The notes under the pieces were generated by a model that made no database searches, was not told where the DNA came from, and was given only the letters and a program-made list of their open reading frames with translations. The translations under genes and the position numbers were made by a program. A stretch of 64,000 nt of DNA from a virus. Its lineage: Duplodnaviria > Caudoviricetes. The DNA lies in the IMG/VR virus record IMGVR_UViG_3300048496_000021, positions 31,911 through 95,910 of that record; one strand, 5' to 3'. This document shows positions 49,306 through 59,400 of this stretch, one piece after another; position 1 is the first letter of the stretch; every line of letters begins with the position of its first letter.

Positions 49306-49647
49306 ATGGACGATATAAAATATATTAAACGACGCTTCCCGGATTCCCACAAAATATTTCTCAAGCAATTCGGAGATGAGTGGATAATTCGACAATTCAG
49401 GGAGAACAGGCAAAAACTTGCCATAATAAAAAACACCGAGGTGATCGCTCCAGATCTGAGGTATAAGCCAGGAACTTATTTTTTATTTCATCGGTGCAAA
49501 GTGTTCGCCGAAGATCATGATGGCGGCAAATGGGATGGGACGTATAAAATAATTGCGACATTTAAGTGCCCAAAGGATTACACAAGTAGTGGTCACCATA
49601 CGTTTGAATTATTCAGCGATACTCAGTTCAAAGAAATCGTAAAGTGA
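49306..49647 (+). CDS. hypothetical protein
   Basis: ORF between junction motifs. Confidence 0.6.
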   Translation: MDDIKYIKRRFPDSHKIFLKQFGDEWIIRQFRENRQKLAIIKNTEVIAPDLRYKPGTYFLFHRCKVFAEDHDGGKWDGTYKIIATFKCPKDYTSSGHHTFELFSDTQFKEIVK

Positions 49648-49678
49648 CAAAAGATAGGTTATGAAACTGGAGACAAAT

Positions 49679-49918
49679 ATGAAAACATATGAGGGAGTAA
49701 TGACAATTAAATGGTATAAAAACGACAACGGTGGCGATAGGCGGCCACTGACAATTGATACACAGAACAAGGAGACACTTCGAGCTGAACTTAGTCGGAT
49801 AAAAAAAGATTTTATGACGAAAGGTGAAGTGAAAGATACTCTGGATGAACGCGGAATGCGCATCACAAAAGCGGTATTGCCGTATAGCATCAATATAGAG
49901 GTTACAGAAAGACTGTGA
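49679..49918 (+). CDS. hypothetical protein
   Basis: GGAG RBS. Confidence 0.6.
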   Translation: MKTYEGVMTIKWYKNDNGGDRRPLTIDTQNKETLRAELSRIKKDFMTKGEVKDTLDERGMRITKAVLPYSINIEVTERL

Positions 49919-49941
49919 TTACTGATTTCAAAAGTGACTTT

Positions 49942-50550
49942 ATGAAACTACAAATAGTCGTATCATACCATGATAATCGGTGGCAAGCGAGACCGAGAAT
50001 CTTGACGAACCCCGAGGCGAGAAAAAGACGGGTAGATTTTAAGGCTCAACATAGGCAATTTCTAGAGTGGGATATTTGCGACGCCCCAGAAGTTTTACTG
50101 GAGCATATCCGAAAATACTCTCTTGACCACCAAGTAATTATCTTGAATAGCAAAAAGAAGAAAAACTATAAGTTCTCAGAGATCATCTTAAATACGACCT
50201 ACCAAAAGTATCAAGATGACGTACCATATCTGGTCAAGGTCTGTCACTCTATCGATGGCGAGATATTCAAGGACGGAGCTCTTCTCGCTGTATTGCAGAA
50301 CATCGAAGATACGAGCGATGCCAAAAACGCAGCACATACCGCATTTGATCCAATATGGAAAAACGGACATATGACGCGAAGCGAGGCATATCGGTGGCTG
50401 TCATGGAAAATGAGAACCGAAAAACTATTTTGTCACATAAGCATGTTCGACCAACAGCAGTGTCAAGAGGCTATAGCGCATTGCAAGAGGTATTTTCAAG
50501 AACTATCAGAAAATCAACTTGCAAAAGTGCCCATACGAAATTATGATTGA
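49942..50550 (+). CDS. protein with DUF3268-like C-terminal domain
   Basis: AHTAFDPIWK..RSEAYRWL..HISMFD..C. Confidence 0.6.
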   Translation: MKLQIVVSYHDNRWQARPRILTNPEARKRRVDFKAQHRQFLEWDICDAPEVLLEHIRKYSLDHQVIILNSKKKKNYKFSEIILNTTYQKYQDDVPYLVKVCHSIDGEIFKDGALLAVLQNIEDTSDAKNAAHTAFDPIWKNGHMTRSEAYRWLSWKMRTEKLFCHISMFDQQQCQEAIAHCKRYFQELSENQLAKVPIRNYD

Positions 50551-51256
50551 AATGTTAAATATCGATTGCGTGGAGTACATGCGGACCTGCGAAGATAATA
50601 AATTCGACCTGGCAATTGTTGACCCACCATATGGGATAGGGCAAAACTGGAAAAAGGACCGGGGTGCGCAACATTATAAACATAGAAATAGCTTTAACGA
50701 TTCTCCGCCTGGCGATGACTACTTCAAGGAATTGTTCAGGGTATCAAAAAATCAAATAATATGGGGATGTAACTACTACTGGCAGCACTTGACACCGACA
50801 AATAATTTAATATTTTGGGACAAGGCGAGGGATGGATTGACTCAAAATGGATCTTCTGGCGAGCTGGCGTGGGTGTCATTTGGAAAGTATCCCCTATTTA
50901 CCATAAGGCTTCCATGGAACGGCGCTATTGTATGCGAGAAGGTCACCAAAATTCATCCACATCAAAAGCCAGTTGAACTATACCGGAAGACATTGGACTT
51001 ATTTGCGACCGATGGAGACCTGATCTTAGATACGCATTCAGGTAGTTTTTCGAGCGCAGTCGCATGTGTCGAAAAAGGCTTCTCCGGGGTATTTTGTGAG
51101 CTTGATCCTGATTACTACGGTCAGGGTAGAGGGCGAGTCAATAAGACAAGTCGCCAATATGAATTAATGAAACCAGATAAGCGCCCGACCCATGAGCAAG
51201 GAACACTTGAGGGCGGTTTCAGGGGTAATCCCATGAAGCCGGAGGGCAAACTATGA
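50543..51256 (+). CDS. N6-A/N4-C DNA methyltransferase (beta class)
   Basis: DLAIVDPPY, HPHQKPV.LY, ILDTHSGS. Confidence 0.9.
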   Translation: MIEMLNIDCVEYMRTCEDNKFDLAIVDPPYGIGQNWKKDRGAQHYKHRNSFNDSPPGDDYFKELFRVSKNQIIWGCNYYWQHLTPTNNLIFWDKARDGLTQNGSSGELAWVSFGKYPLFTIRLPWNGAIVCEKVTKIHPHQKPVELYRKTLDLFATDGDLILDTHSGSFSSAVACVEKGFSGVFCELDPDYYGQGRGRVNKTSRQYELMKPDKRPTHEQGTLEGGFRGNPMKPEGKL

Positions 51257-52164
51257 GCTTAATACTGGCAGAACTCGCGCAGATGCAAAAACTACCACTG
51301 CACGAGAAGGTGCGATTATCGATAGAAAAGATACGGACATACATTGATAATCGTGGCGATCTCTCCTATGTTGCGTTCTCTGGCGGGAAAGATTCAACAG
51401 TCTTATTGGACCTTGTCCGAAAGGTGAGCAAAACAACAACGGCCGTTTTCTGTAATACCGGTCTTGAGTTCCCAGAGATAGTGGAGTTCGCCAGAGAGCA
51501 GAGTAATGTTGTTACGATCCGCCCAAAGCTCCCATTCCAAAAAGTTCTCGAAAAATACGGATACCCCATAATCTCGAAACAGGTCTCAATGGGTATATCC
51601 CGGTATCGAAACACGAGTTGTGACATTCAAAAAGATCTTCGAAAAAACGGGGGAATCAATCCAACCAGCGGCAAAAAGCAAAGAAGATCGATACCACTCC
51701 GATATCAATATCTAATAGATGCACCATTTAAGATTTCCGAAGCGTGTTGCGATGTAATGAAAAAAGGTCCGATGAAAGCGTATGGAAGTGCGACCAAAAA
51801 GTCACCAATTATCGGGACGATGGCATCCGATAGTAGATTCCGAAAACTGTCAATAGAGAGGGCGGGATGCGTAACATATAACCACAAGTCACAAACTCTG
51901 ACACCGTTGGCATTCTGGACCGAGGCTGATATTTGGGAATATATCGAAGGGGAGCGGCTGCCATATAGTTCAATTTACGATATGGGATATTCTCGAACTG
52001 GGTGTATGTTTTGTATGTTTGGAATTATGGAAGAGAAATCTGATCGGTTCAAGATGATGAAAAATACACACCCCAGACAGTACGACTACTGCATGGATAA
52101 GCTCGGGGTACGTGGCGTTCTGGAATATATTGCAATAGGTAAAACTTCGGGGGTGAACACATGA
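51253..52164 (+). CDS. PAPS-reductase-family (PP-loop) protein
   Basis: VAFSGGKDSTVL, NTGLEFPE, CCDVMKK, RTGCMFC. Confidence 0.9.
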   Translation: MSLILAELAQMQKLPLHEKVRLSIEKIRTYIDNRGDLSYVAFSGGKDSTVLLDLVRKVSKTTTAVFCNTGLEFPEIVEFAREQSNVVTIRPKLPFQKVLEKYGYPIISKQVSMGISRYRNTSCDIQKDLRKNGGINPTSGKKQRRSIPLRYQYLIDAPFKISEACCDVMKKGPMKAYGSATKKSPIIGTMASDSRFRKLSIERAGCVTYNHKSQTLTPLAFWTEADIWEYIEGERLPYSSIYDMGYSRTGCMFCMFGIMEEKSDRFKMMKNTHPRQYDYCMDKLGVRGVLEYIAIGKTSGVNT

Positions 52165-52421
52165 AAGTAGTTGCAAAGCGACATGCAATGGATGCCATAC
52201 AATGGACAGGCAGTAACGCAGAAGAGTTATATCTTTTCACCGGCGGAAAATCCTGCCCATCTGAAGTCACAAGGAATCGACCCCATGAGGAGAGAGTTCT
52301 TGTGATACATTACATGGAAGATGTAACAATATCTTGCAAGGTTGGATGGTGGGTCATGAAGCCACCATGTATTCAGGTTGTGCCTCCTGATGTTTTCGAC
52401 GAGGAGTACATGGCAATATGA
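52161..52421 (+). CDS. conserved small phage protein (AIQWTG family)
   Basis: DAIQWTGSN..G.W....PDVF.EEY. Confidence 0.6.
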   Translation: MKVVAKRHAMDAIQWTGSNAEELYLFTGGKSCPSEVTRNRPHEERVLVIHYMEDVTISCKVGWWVMKPPCIQVVPPDVFDEEYMAI

Positions 52422-52586
52422 TAGAGTTTACACTGTTGGTTATATTGGCACTACTCGGATTTATTATGTATCAGCACGGTCAAATCAAGGAGCTAAAGCG
52501 GCAACGCGATACATATAAGGAAAAAGCGAAACCAACTAGAGTATAATATTGATTGACAAATAGACTATAATGCACAATCAAATATT

Positions 52587-53366
52587 ATGTCCCTTCGTGA
52601 TCTCACTGTATCTTTATTCAAGGAGTACACCCCGACTGGCTCGTATAGTGTTGAATTTCGCAACAGGAACAATCAAACAATAACCGAAGTATTTTTCGCG
52701 CGACCTCCGGTGCGATATGGGGTCAGAGAGTCTCAGAGGTCAGACCTACAAAAGACAATGCATGGCGGACACATCGGGGATGCCGGAAACGATTTTAAGA
52801 CAATCTCCATAACGGGGGAACTGTATGAATATGGAGTCGTAAATCCGGACAACCCACTTGGTGTTTTTTTTCGCCCATCCCCCCGGAACTCTACCGGACT
52901 AGAGGAGTTCTTCAAGTTGCGGTATATGCTCATGCGGTATCGAGATTACACCATGACTCGCAAGGGCAAGTTGCTTGCTCCGAACTTCAATACACCTGCA
53001 ACCAGATCGGTGAACGCCCTTCAGAAGTATGTATCCAAGCAAATAGAAAACCAGCTTGGTGCCTTGGCGGACGAAATACGAACCGTATGGCATTGTGAGG
53101 ATAAGGGAGATCACTTTTTTGTTAAAATATCGGAGTTCAGTTATGATGTGTCTGCCGATAAACAATTCACCATTATATTCAATGCTACACTTGAGGCATA
53201 TGAGGTGGATAATCTGTATTCCGGAAAGGTGAATACCGGCAAAATCAAAGAGCGCCCGGTCGAGGCGCTGGGTCGCGTAACAGACCAAATGAAATTTGTT
53301 GGTCAAGATAGCTTGCCAGATCAATTGGTCGCCTCTAACTCTCCAAGTGGGGTGATTGCATTATGA
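52587..53366 (+). CDS. putative tail/baseplate structural protein
   Basis: first gene of the baseplate operon; TISITG motif. Confidence 0.55.
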   Translation: MSLRDLTVSLFKEYTPTGSYSVEFRNRNNQTITEVFFARPPVRYGVRESQRSDLQKTMHGGHIGDAGNDFKTISITGELYEYGVVNPDNPLGVFFRPSPRNSTGLEEFFKLRYMLMRYRDYTMTRKGKLLAPNFNTPATRSVNALQKYVSKQIENQLGALADEIRTVWHCEDKGDHFFVKISEFSYDVSADKQFTIIFNATLEAYEVDNLYSGKVNTGKIKERPVEALGRVTDQMKFVGQDSLPDQLVASNSPSGVIAL

Positions 53367-54439
53367 TACCACTGGAGATTCAATCAGATCAGGAGCTATA
53401 CTCTATTCATCTCAGGATACAGGGCTTGCGTGGCAAACTGCACGCCCAGCTAGAAGAGATACGGACCGGGATATATTCGTCAAAGCGCATCGCTCTCAAT
53501 ATTATTTCAGATCTTTTATCTACAACATCGGCTATGCGCCGATCCATTGAAAGATATGTAATACCGTCAGATCAAATGGATGATTTCATATTGGGACTTG
53601 AATCACTGGATTCATACATCAGTGATGCCCTATACACATATTATAACGACACTAAAAAGCTCGACCTCTATCTCCAGATGATACAACTACACCTAAATGA
53701 AATCTCATCATATCAAACAATCAATTTATCGGCAGTCTCTCCGAATCAATCAGAGTACACAGATGGAATCAGTGAGGACGACTTTATAACGCAAGGAGCC
53801 AGTTCTCCAACATCTGAGGCGATCACCCACTACGTTTACCATACTATCGGATCGAATGACACTCTGCAAGATATCGCAGATTATTATTATGCAGACCGAA
53901 CGCGATATCGGGAAATCATGGAGGTCAATGATATTCGCCCTTCAGATTTGATCGACGGCATTGCAACGGGGAAGTCGATTAAAATACCCATGCCTCAAGG
54001 CGGGTTATCTCAGGTCGGAAATAATCGCGTACATGAAAAGCAGCCAATCAAAAATGATAGAAAGTCCATTGAAAAATTCATGTACGGTGTTGATATTCGT
54101 ATGTCCAATAATAGAATTATCATTAATGGAAATTCAACTGCAAATATAACTGGAGTAGATGTGGTGGCCCAAAATATTCGCCACAGATTATCGTCCAGTA
54201 AAATCGGAATTAGCTCTGATCCAACATGGGGAATCGGGGCGATTAACCGGCTTGGCAACGTTCCATATCTTGTGTCTCTTGAAAGACATATTCAGCGTGC
54301 TGAGTCACAATGTCTTGATGATCCTAGGGTTACATCCGCATCAGCGCCGAGAGCAAGGGTGAAGGTTGCCGATGAGATACTGAAATATGAAATCGATCTG
54401 AACCTGATTGGAGCAGATGAGGTGAAGGTGAAATTATAA
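53363..54439 (+). CDS. LysM-domain + gp25-like baseplate protein
   Basis: DTLQDIA..YY....YREI..VN LysM; C-terminal DDPRV. Confidence 0.75.
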   Translation: MIPLEIQSDQELYSIHLRIQGLRGKLHAQLEEIRTGIYSSKRIALNIISDLLSTTSAMRRSIERYVIPSDQMDDFILGLESLDSYISDALYTYYNDTKKLDLYLQMIQLHLNEISSYQTINLSAVSPNQSEYTDGISEDDFITQGASSPTSEAITHYVYHTIGSNDTLQDIADYYYADRTRYREIMEVNDIRPSDLIDGIATGKSIKIPMPQGGLSQVGNNRVHEKQPIKNDRKSIEKFMYGVDIRMSNNRIIINGNSTANITGVDVVAQNIRHRLSSSKIGISSDPTWGIGAINRLGNVPYLVSLERHIQRAESQCLDDPRVTSASAPRARVKVADEILKYEIDLNLIGADEVKVKL

Positions 54440-55833
54440 TGGCTGAATTCTTAAAAGCATACACGAAAGAGCAACTGATCAATTTTATCATTGCGCCAAT
54501 TGTCAATAAGGCTGGAATAACCGCCATGAATTCAGGCGATGCCTTCTATGAATTGATCGACTCTCTGGCGGATATACTGGAGACAATACAGGCAGATACA
54601 GTCAAGGAGGCCAAACAGCTCATAGAGATCGCGTTGTTTACCGGGATGGATTTCAATAGGAAGCCGGCGCAGCCAGCAGCAGGTCAAATTCGCGCGTACA
54701 GAATCCCTGCAATGACACTGACATACTCCGGGGCATCTGCATTTGCCCGAGTGACCAACAATGGGGCAACATTTAGCATCAACACCAGCGACGCAGGTGA
54801 CAATTTTACGGTTAATGTTTCCAGCTATCCAACCATTCAGGACTTGTGTGTCTACATTGGGTCGCTTCCTTCGTATACATGCCAAGCCGTCAAGGGATCT
54901 GAAGATACAGCAGACCTATTCTATTATACAGACAAAGACATAGTTGGCAAGATTGATTATTTGAACCAGAGCGGATGTGATCTGACGCTCAATACAGATG
55001 GAGAAGTGCAAATTATTGCCCCGTTCATATTTACTGCGAATGATCATTCATGCAGGACTGAAAGTGATTATATTCTATTGGCTGGCGAGTCAAGCGTCTC
55101 TGGTATTGCATCCGAATCTCAAGAGACGGGCAATATACAAATTGGAGCCCTCGCCCTAGACACATTTAACGGCAAGGGTGTCGTCAGTGGCGCATTTCCT
55201 GGAATATTCTGGATCAACGATAATACATTTACACCGGGAACTGAAGAGGAGACAAATGAAGAACGCAAGGACCGGTGGAGAGTTCAGATTTTCGGAGCTT
55301 CAAAGCATAACAGGTTCGGCATCGAATCGGCAATATTGAACTTAGATCAAGTGCGCTCAGTAACACTACTGGAGAGCACACCGAAGAGGGGATACAATAC
55401 GGTAGTGGTAGACGATGGAACCGGCACAATATCGGATACATTGCGGGCAGAAGTGCAAAAGGTTTTCGATGGTGATCCTAATGATCCCGAGAAATACCCT
55501 GGAGTAATTATACCAGGAATGACAGGCTTTATTCAGGCTCCAGATATAATTGGGGTAGATGTTAATATGACAATCTACAAAACTGACGCCAGCATAGATG
55601 ATACGGAAATCATCTCATCTGTGCAGAGCGCTGTAATTCAGTACATCAATAGACTGCGCTTGGGGTATGACGTGGTAGACTCAGCACTGACAACGACAGC
55701 CACCAATGCCCATCCATCCGTATTTCGGGCAGTGCTAAACAGTGGAGCAACATCTATCGGCGAGACTGAAATTGCACGAACAAATGGAACATTCGGAACG
55801 GTCACGATAACAGTGGTCCAGACAGCGCCATGA
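54439..55833 (+). CDS. baseplate J-like protein
   Basis: RKPA.PA.G, GN, G.EEETNEE...R, VDDGTG. Confidence 0.85.
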   Translation: MAEFLKAYTKEQLINFIIAPIVNKAGITAMNSGDAFYELIDSLADILETIQADTVKEAKQLIEIALFTGMDFNRKPAQPAAGQIRAYRIPAMTLTYSGASAFARVTNNGATFSINTSDAGDNFTVNVSSYPTIQDLCVYIGSLPSYTCQAVKGSEDTADLFYYTDKDIVGKIDYLNQSGCDLTLNTDGEVQIIAPFIFTANDHSCRTESDYILLAGESSVSGIASESQETGNIQIGALALDTFNGKGVVSGAFPGIFWINDNTFTPGTEEETNEERKDRWRVQIFGASKHNRFGIESAILNLDQVRSVTLLESTPKRGYNTVVVDDGTGTISDTLRAEVQKVFDGDPNDPEKYPGVIIPGMTGFIQAPDIIGVDVNMTIYKTDASIDDTEIISSVQSAVIQYINRLRLGYDVVDSALTTTATNAHPSVFRAVLNSGATSIGETEIARTNGTFGTVTITVVQTAP

Positions 55834-56474
55834 ATTTAGCAGAGATTATTAACGAGAAGCTAGAGGGAATCTACGATACGGGAGATGTAACGTATCGCGC
55901 CATTGTATCGGATGTAGATGGCATAAGCGGAGCCATCATCCAGAATCCAGCAGACATTAATCGTGGAGCATTGCATGACCTGATCGAATATTACAGGATA
56001 GCCTCTTCGTCATGGATAAGTCAAATGGACTACAATAATGCGTCCGGCCGTTATCTGGAGCATTTCAATAATCAATTATTCAAGCTACCCAGATTGGTCG
56101 GAGAGACAGAAGCGCAACAAAAAGAGCGGGTAAAATATTATGTTATTGGACCAAAAATTGGGCGAGCTGCCATCATAAATGCCATGCGCCAATTCTCATC
56201 AAGTGAGCCCAGGATAGAGGATGGAGGTTTGGATATAGCATTTGCGGACGTATCGTATGCAGATAACTACACATCATTTCAGCTTGACATGCCAGGTGAC
56301 AATAGCGATGGTCATTATGTGTATCCTGCAATAACAAGCCAGGGTGCAGATTCGGGAGTATTCTTTTTTACCATATTTTTAACTGATACGAGCGAAAATG
56401 ATATACCGAGATTATTGTCGTACCTACAAACGGCAGTGGCATCGGGAACAGAGTATGAGGTTGTAATAGAATGA
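55830..56474 (+). CDS. baseplate wedge (gpI-like) protein
   Basis: ASGRYLE..LPRL.GET....RV; follows baseplate J. Confidence 0.7.
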   Translation: MNLAEIINEKLEGIYDTGDVTYRAIVSDVDGISGAIIQNPADINRGALHDLIEYYRIASSSWISQMDYNNASGRYLEHFNNQLFKLPRLVGETEAQQKERVKYYVIGPKIGRAAIINAMRQFSSSEPRIEDGGLDIAFADVSYADNYTSFQLDMPGDNSDGHYVYPAITSQGADSGVFFFTIFLTDTSENDIPRLLSYLQTAVASGTEYEVVIE

Positions 56475-59400
56475 GATTAATTAAGTCAGAAGAACGAACA
56501 CAGATTGAAAGTGATCAGGTATTAACAGCAATCAGCCAAAAGCTGCTTCGCACAATTGAGGAGATACAACAAGCATCGTTTTATGATTCCGATAAGGATG
56601 CCGCTATATTGTCAGGGCTTGAAATTGCCCATGTCTCTGGAATGGATATTTCTATCTCCGGTCCAGCGGCGGTCATGCAGAACATCCCTGGGCATCTTAA
56701 GGTTGGAACCCAAGCATCATTTTCTAATCTGACTGTGCCGCCAGCAGACCCAGCGCACCCGCGTCTTGATGTAGTGGAGGCCAGAGTTAATATTGTATCC
56801 ACAAAGACTGATTCGGCTCTCAGGAAAATTGTAGATCCATCTCAGAAAAAATTCACTTATGTCACTGGGGACAGAGAGTACGAAATCATTATTGATGTTC
56901 GAATAAATTCTGGAACACCTGCGCCGTCTCCAGTGGCACCATCCCCAACAGCAGGAACGAGCGCCATCTTGCAAGGCACAATTGCACACCCGCCGACTCT
57001 AGATATGACGGACGATTATATTTTAGACTTGGCCAATGGTATAGATGGAGAATTTTCGGCTGTCAATCTTCGTGGAGCTGTTACCGAGGCAACAACATTG
57101 GCTGAAATAGAGAGTGCCATCAATAACGTATTTGGCTCAATCATGTCTGTGGATGGGTCAAATCAATTCGTTATAACCGACATCGAAACAGGAGAGGAGT
57201 CGTTTTTCCAGATTCGAGAATATGTCATGGATAATCTGGACGCCAGAGAGAAGTTGTTTGGTACTCCACAGATAGCAGGATATCGAGATGAGTATACTGG
57301 AGAAAATCCGTGGTTTAAAATTGGTGAAATTCTCGTTCCGAGTGGAGTTACCGTGTTGTCACCAGTAGACATATTGCCTATTTCAGGAAAGGTGGACTGG
57401 ACGGCAGATGACAACATAGAGATTGTACCGGCATACAATAATCACCGTGACTCTACCGACCTGGATCATCCGGATAAATCTATAAGATTGCGTCATTTGT
57501 CCGACGAAGTCGTTCGCTCCTTAGAGGCAAAGGATATCCGAGCTTCTGAATTGCGCTTACAGATGGATCAACAGAGTATTCAGATATTGGACTTAAAGTT
57601 GACACAGTCGTATTTATTGCAATTTCGATCTATTCAAAACAATCATATTATCGATGCGTATTTTGATTACTCCAGAGAGGGGCATTTTGACGAAGAAAAC
57701 ATTTTACCTGCAAAGGTTGTTACAGACAGATGGGAAGTGCGCGATGGAGATCCGCAATATAAGCCCGGAAAACTAAAGCCAAGAAGAAAATATTTCCACG
57801 GCGAATTTGTAGAAAAGATCAATATTGACACTTCTGGTTATCCATACAAGGGCGGGGAGTCATGGGATGCTGTCAATAATGTATATTGGAGAATTACAAA
57901 CAATGGAGATAATCAGACCGGAATACTGTTACGGATTTCTGAACATAGGCATCGAGGAAGGGAGGCAATCACAGGGCAATGGGTCTTGTCTTCTGGAGGT
58001 GTGGGTACATTCTGGTCCGGAATAGAGGTTGTCGCGAAAAGCGATACTGATAATCACATACATGCCGTGTTGCATGGAGATAGCGCGAATGGAGGCCTCG
58101 CTAAGATAAAAATTAATCAGGACGGAACGCTATCATTGCAAAATATTCCTTCCGGTGGAACAATTCCGCACGATACAATAGTTGACGGAACAAGCACATA
58201 CGCATATAGTGCTTTTCGACAAGGGCTTGCGCCTTACTGGTTTAATGATGTAGCATTGGCAAATGATACGGATTTATTGATCATAGCGTGTGATGACTCT
58301 GTTGACCCATCGCCAACAGTGCTGATACCAGTTAACGAAAGCGATGACGGAAATGGCAATTACAATAATCCAATAACGATCACCTCTAATCAGACAGGGC
58401 TTGAGAGATACATTCAGGGAAATGACATCAAGAATCGATCAATTACCATATTAATAGATACGCAAACAATTTATATCAAAATCCATGATAGCATAAGTTC
58501 CTCATATGCAATTTATGAGATGAAATTTGCAACGGATTTTTCTTCCAATCAGTTATACAGTGTGTCAGAAAAGTATCGAACCATCAGAGATACGCCATAT
58601 GATGCAACTGGAAACGGAGGTATCTTTATTGACCAAACAGGTGAGCTGACTGAGGTGATATCAACCAATGGCGGTACACAAGGGCGATTCATTAATCAGG
58701 CAGCGAGAAAATTCACGGATCACCCAGAGGGAACAGGTATTGTTGGAATCAGAAAAATAAGAGACGCCTCATGGAATGATTTAGTGTCACCAAGGGGATT
58801 GCACGAGAAGGATGATGGTACACTGTACACGTTTGATTTATCTGGAGGTACAGTATATCTACATCGGCAGAAGTCCGATGGTACTGTCAATGTGTCTATA
58901 GTGACTAACATTAATGAGGGCATAGATATCACTATGGATGCGGTAAATGATAAAATATGGTTTACCGTTATTGACGTAGGAGGTAAGCGCGAATTCTATT
59001 TTGGAACATTGAGCACTATAGATACACGACTTGATACAGATGTCAACATTGTTGGCGGGGTAGATATGAACGTAGTAACGGTAACAACCAACAATCTAGA
59101 TGTGATCACATGGATTGTTTATGTCGCCGAAGATGACCTTGTATACATGGTCAATGAGACCGACAATAAGCTAGATACCGTAGAGACGTCTGGCGTTGGT
59201 GCCGCATGGGTGCAAGGTGTTTTTGAACTTGGAGCCCCGATAACAGCATGGTATGGATTGACGTTTGCAAGTGGTAGATTTTATTTGATCAATCTCGATA
59301 GCGGCGACGGAGGGTCGTTTGTCGAAATGCTTAAGAAGTCAAAATTAACTGCATTAATCAAATATGTGGTTGGTTATATTAGACCAAATACTGATATATT

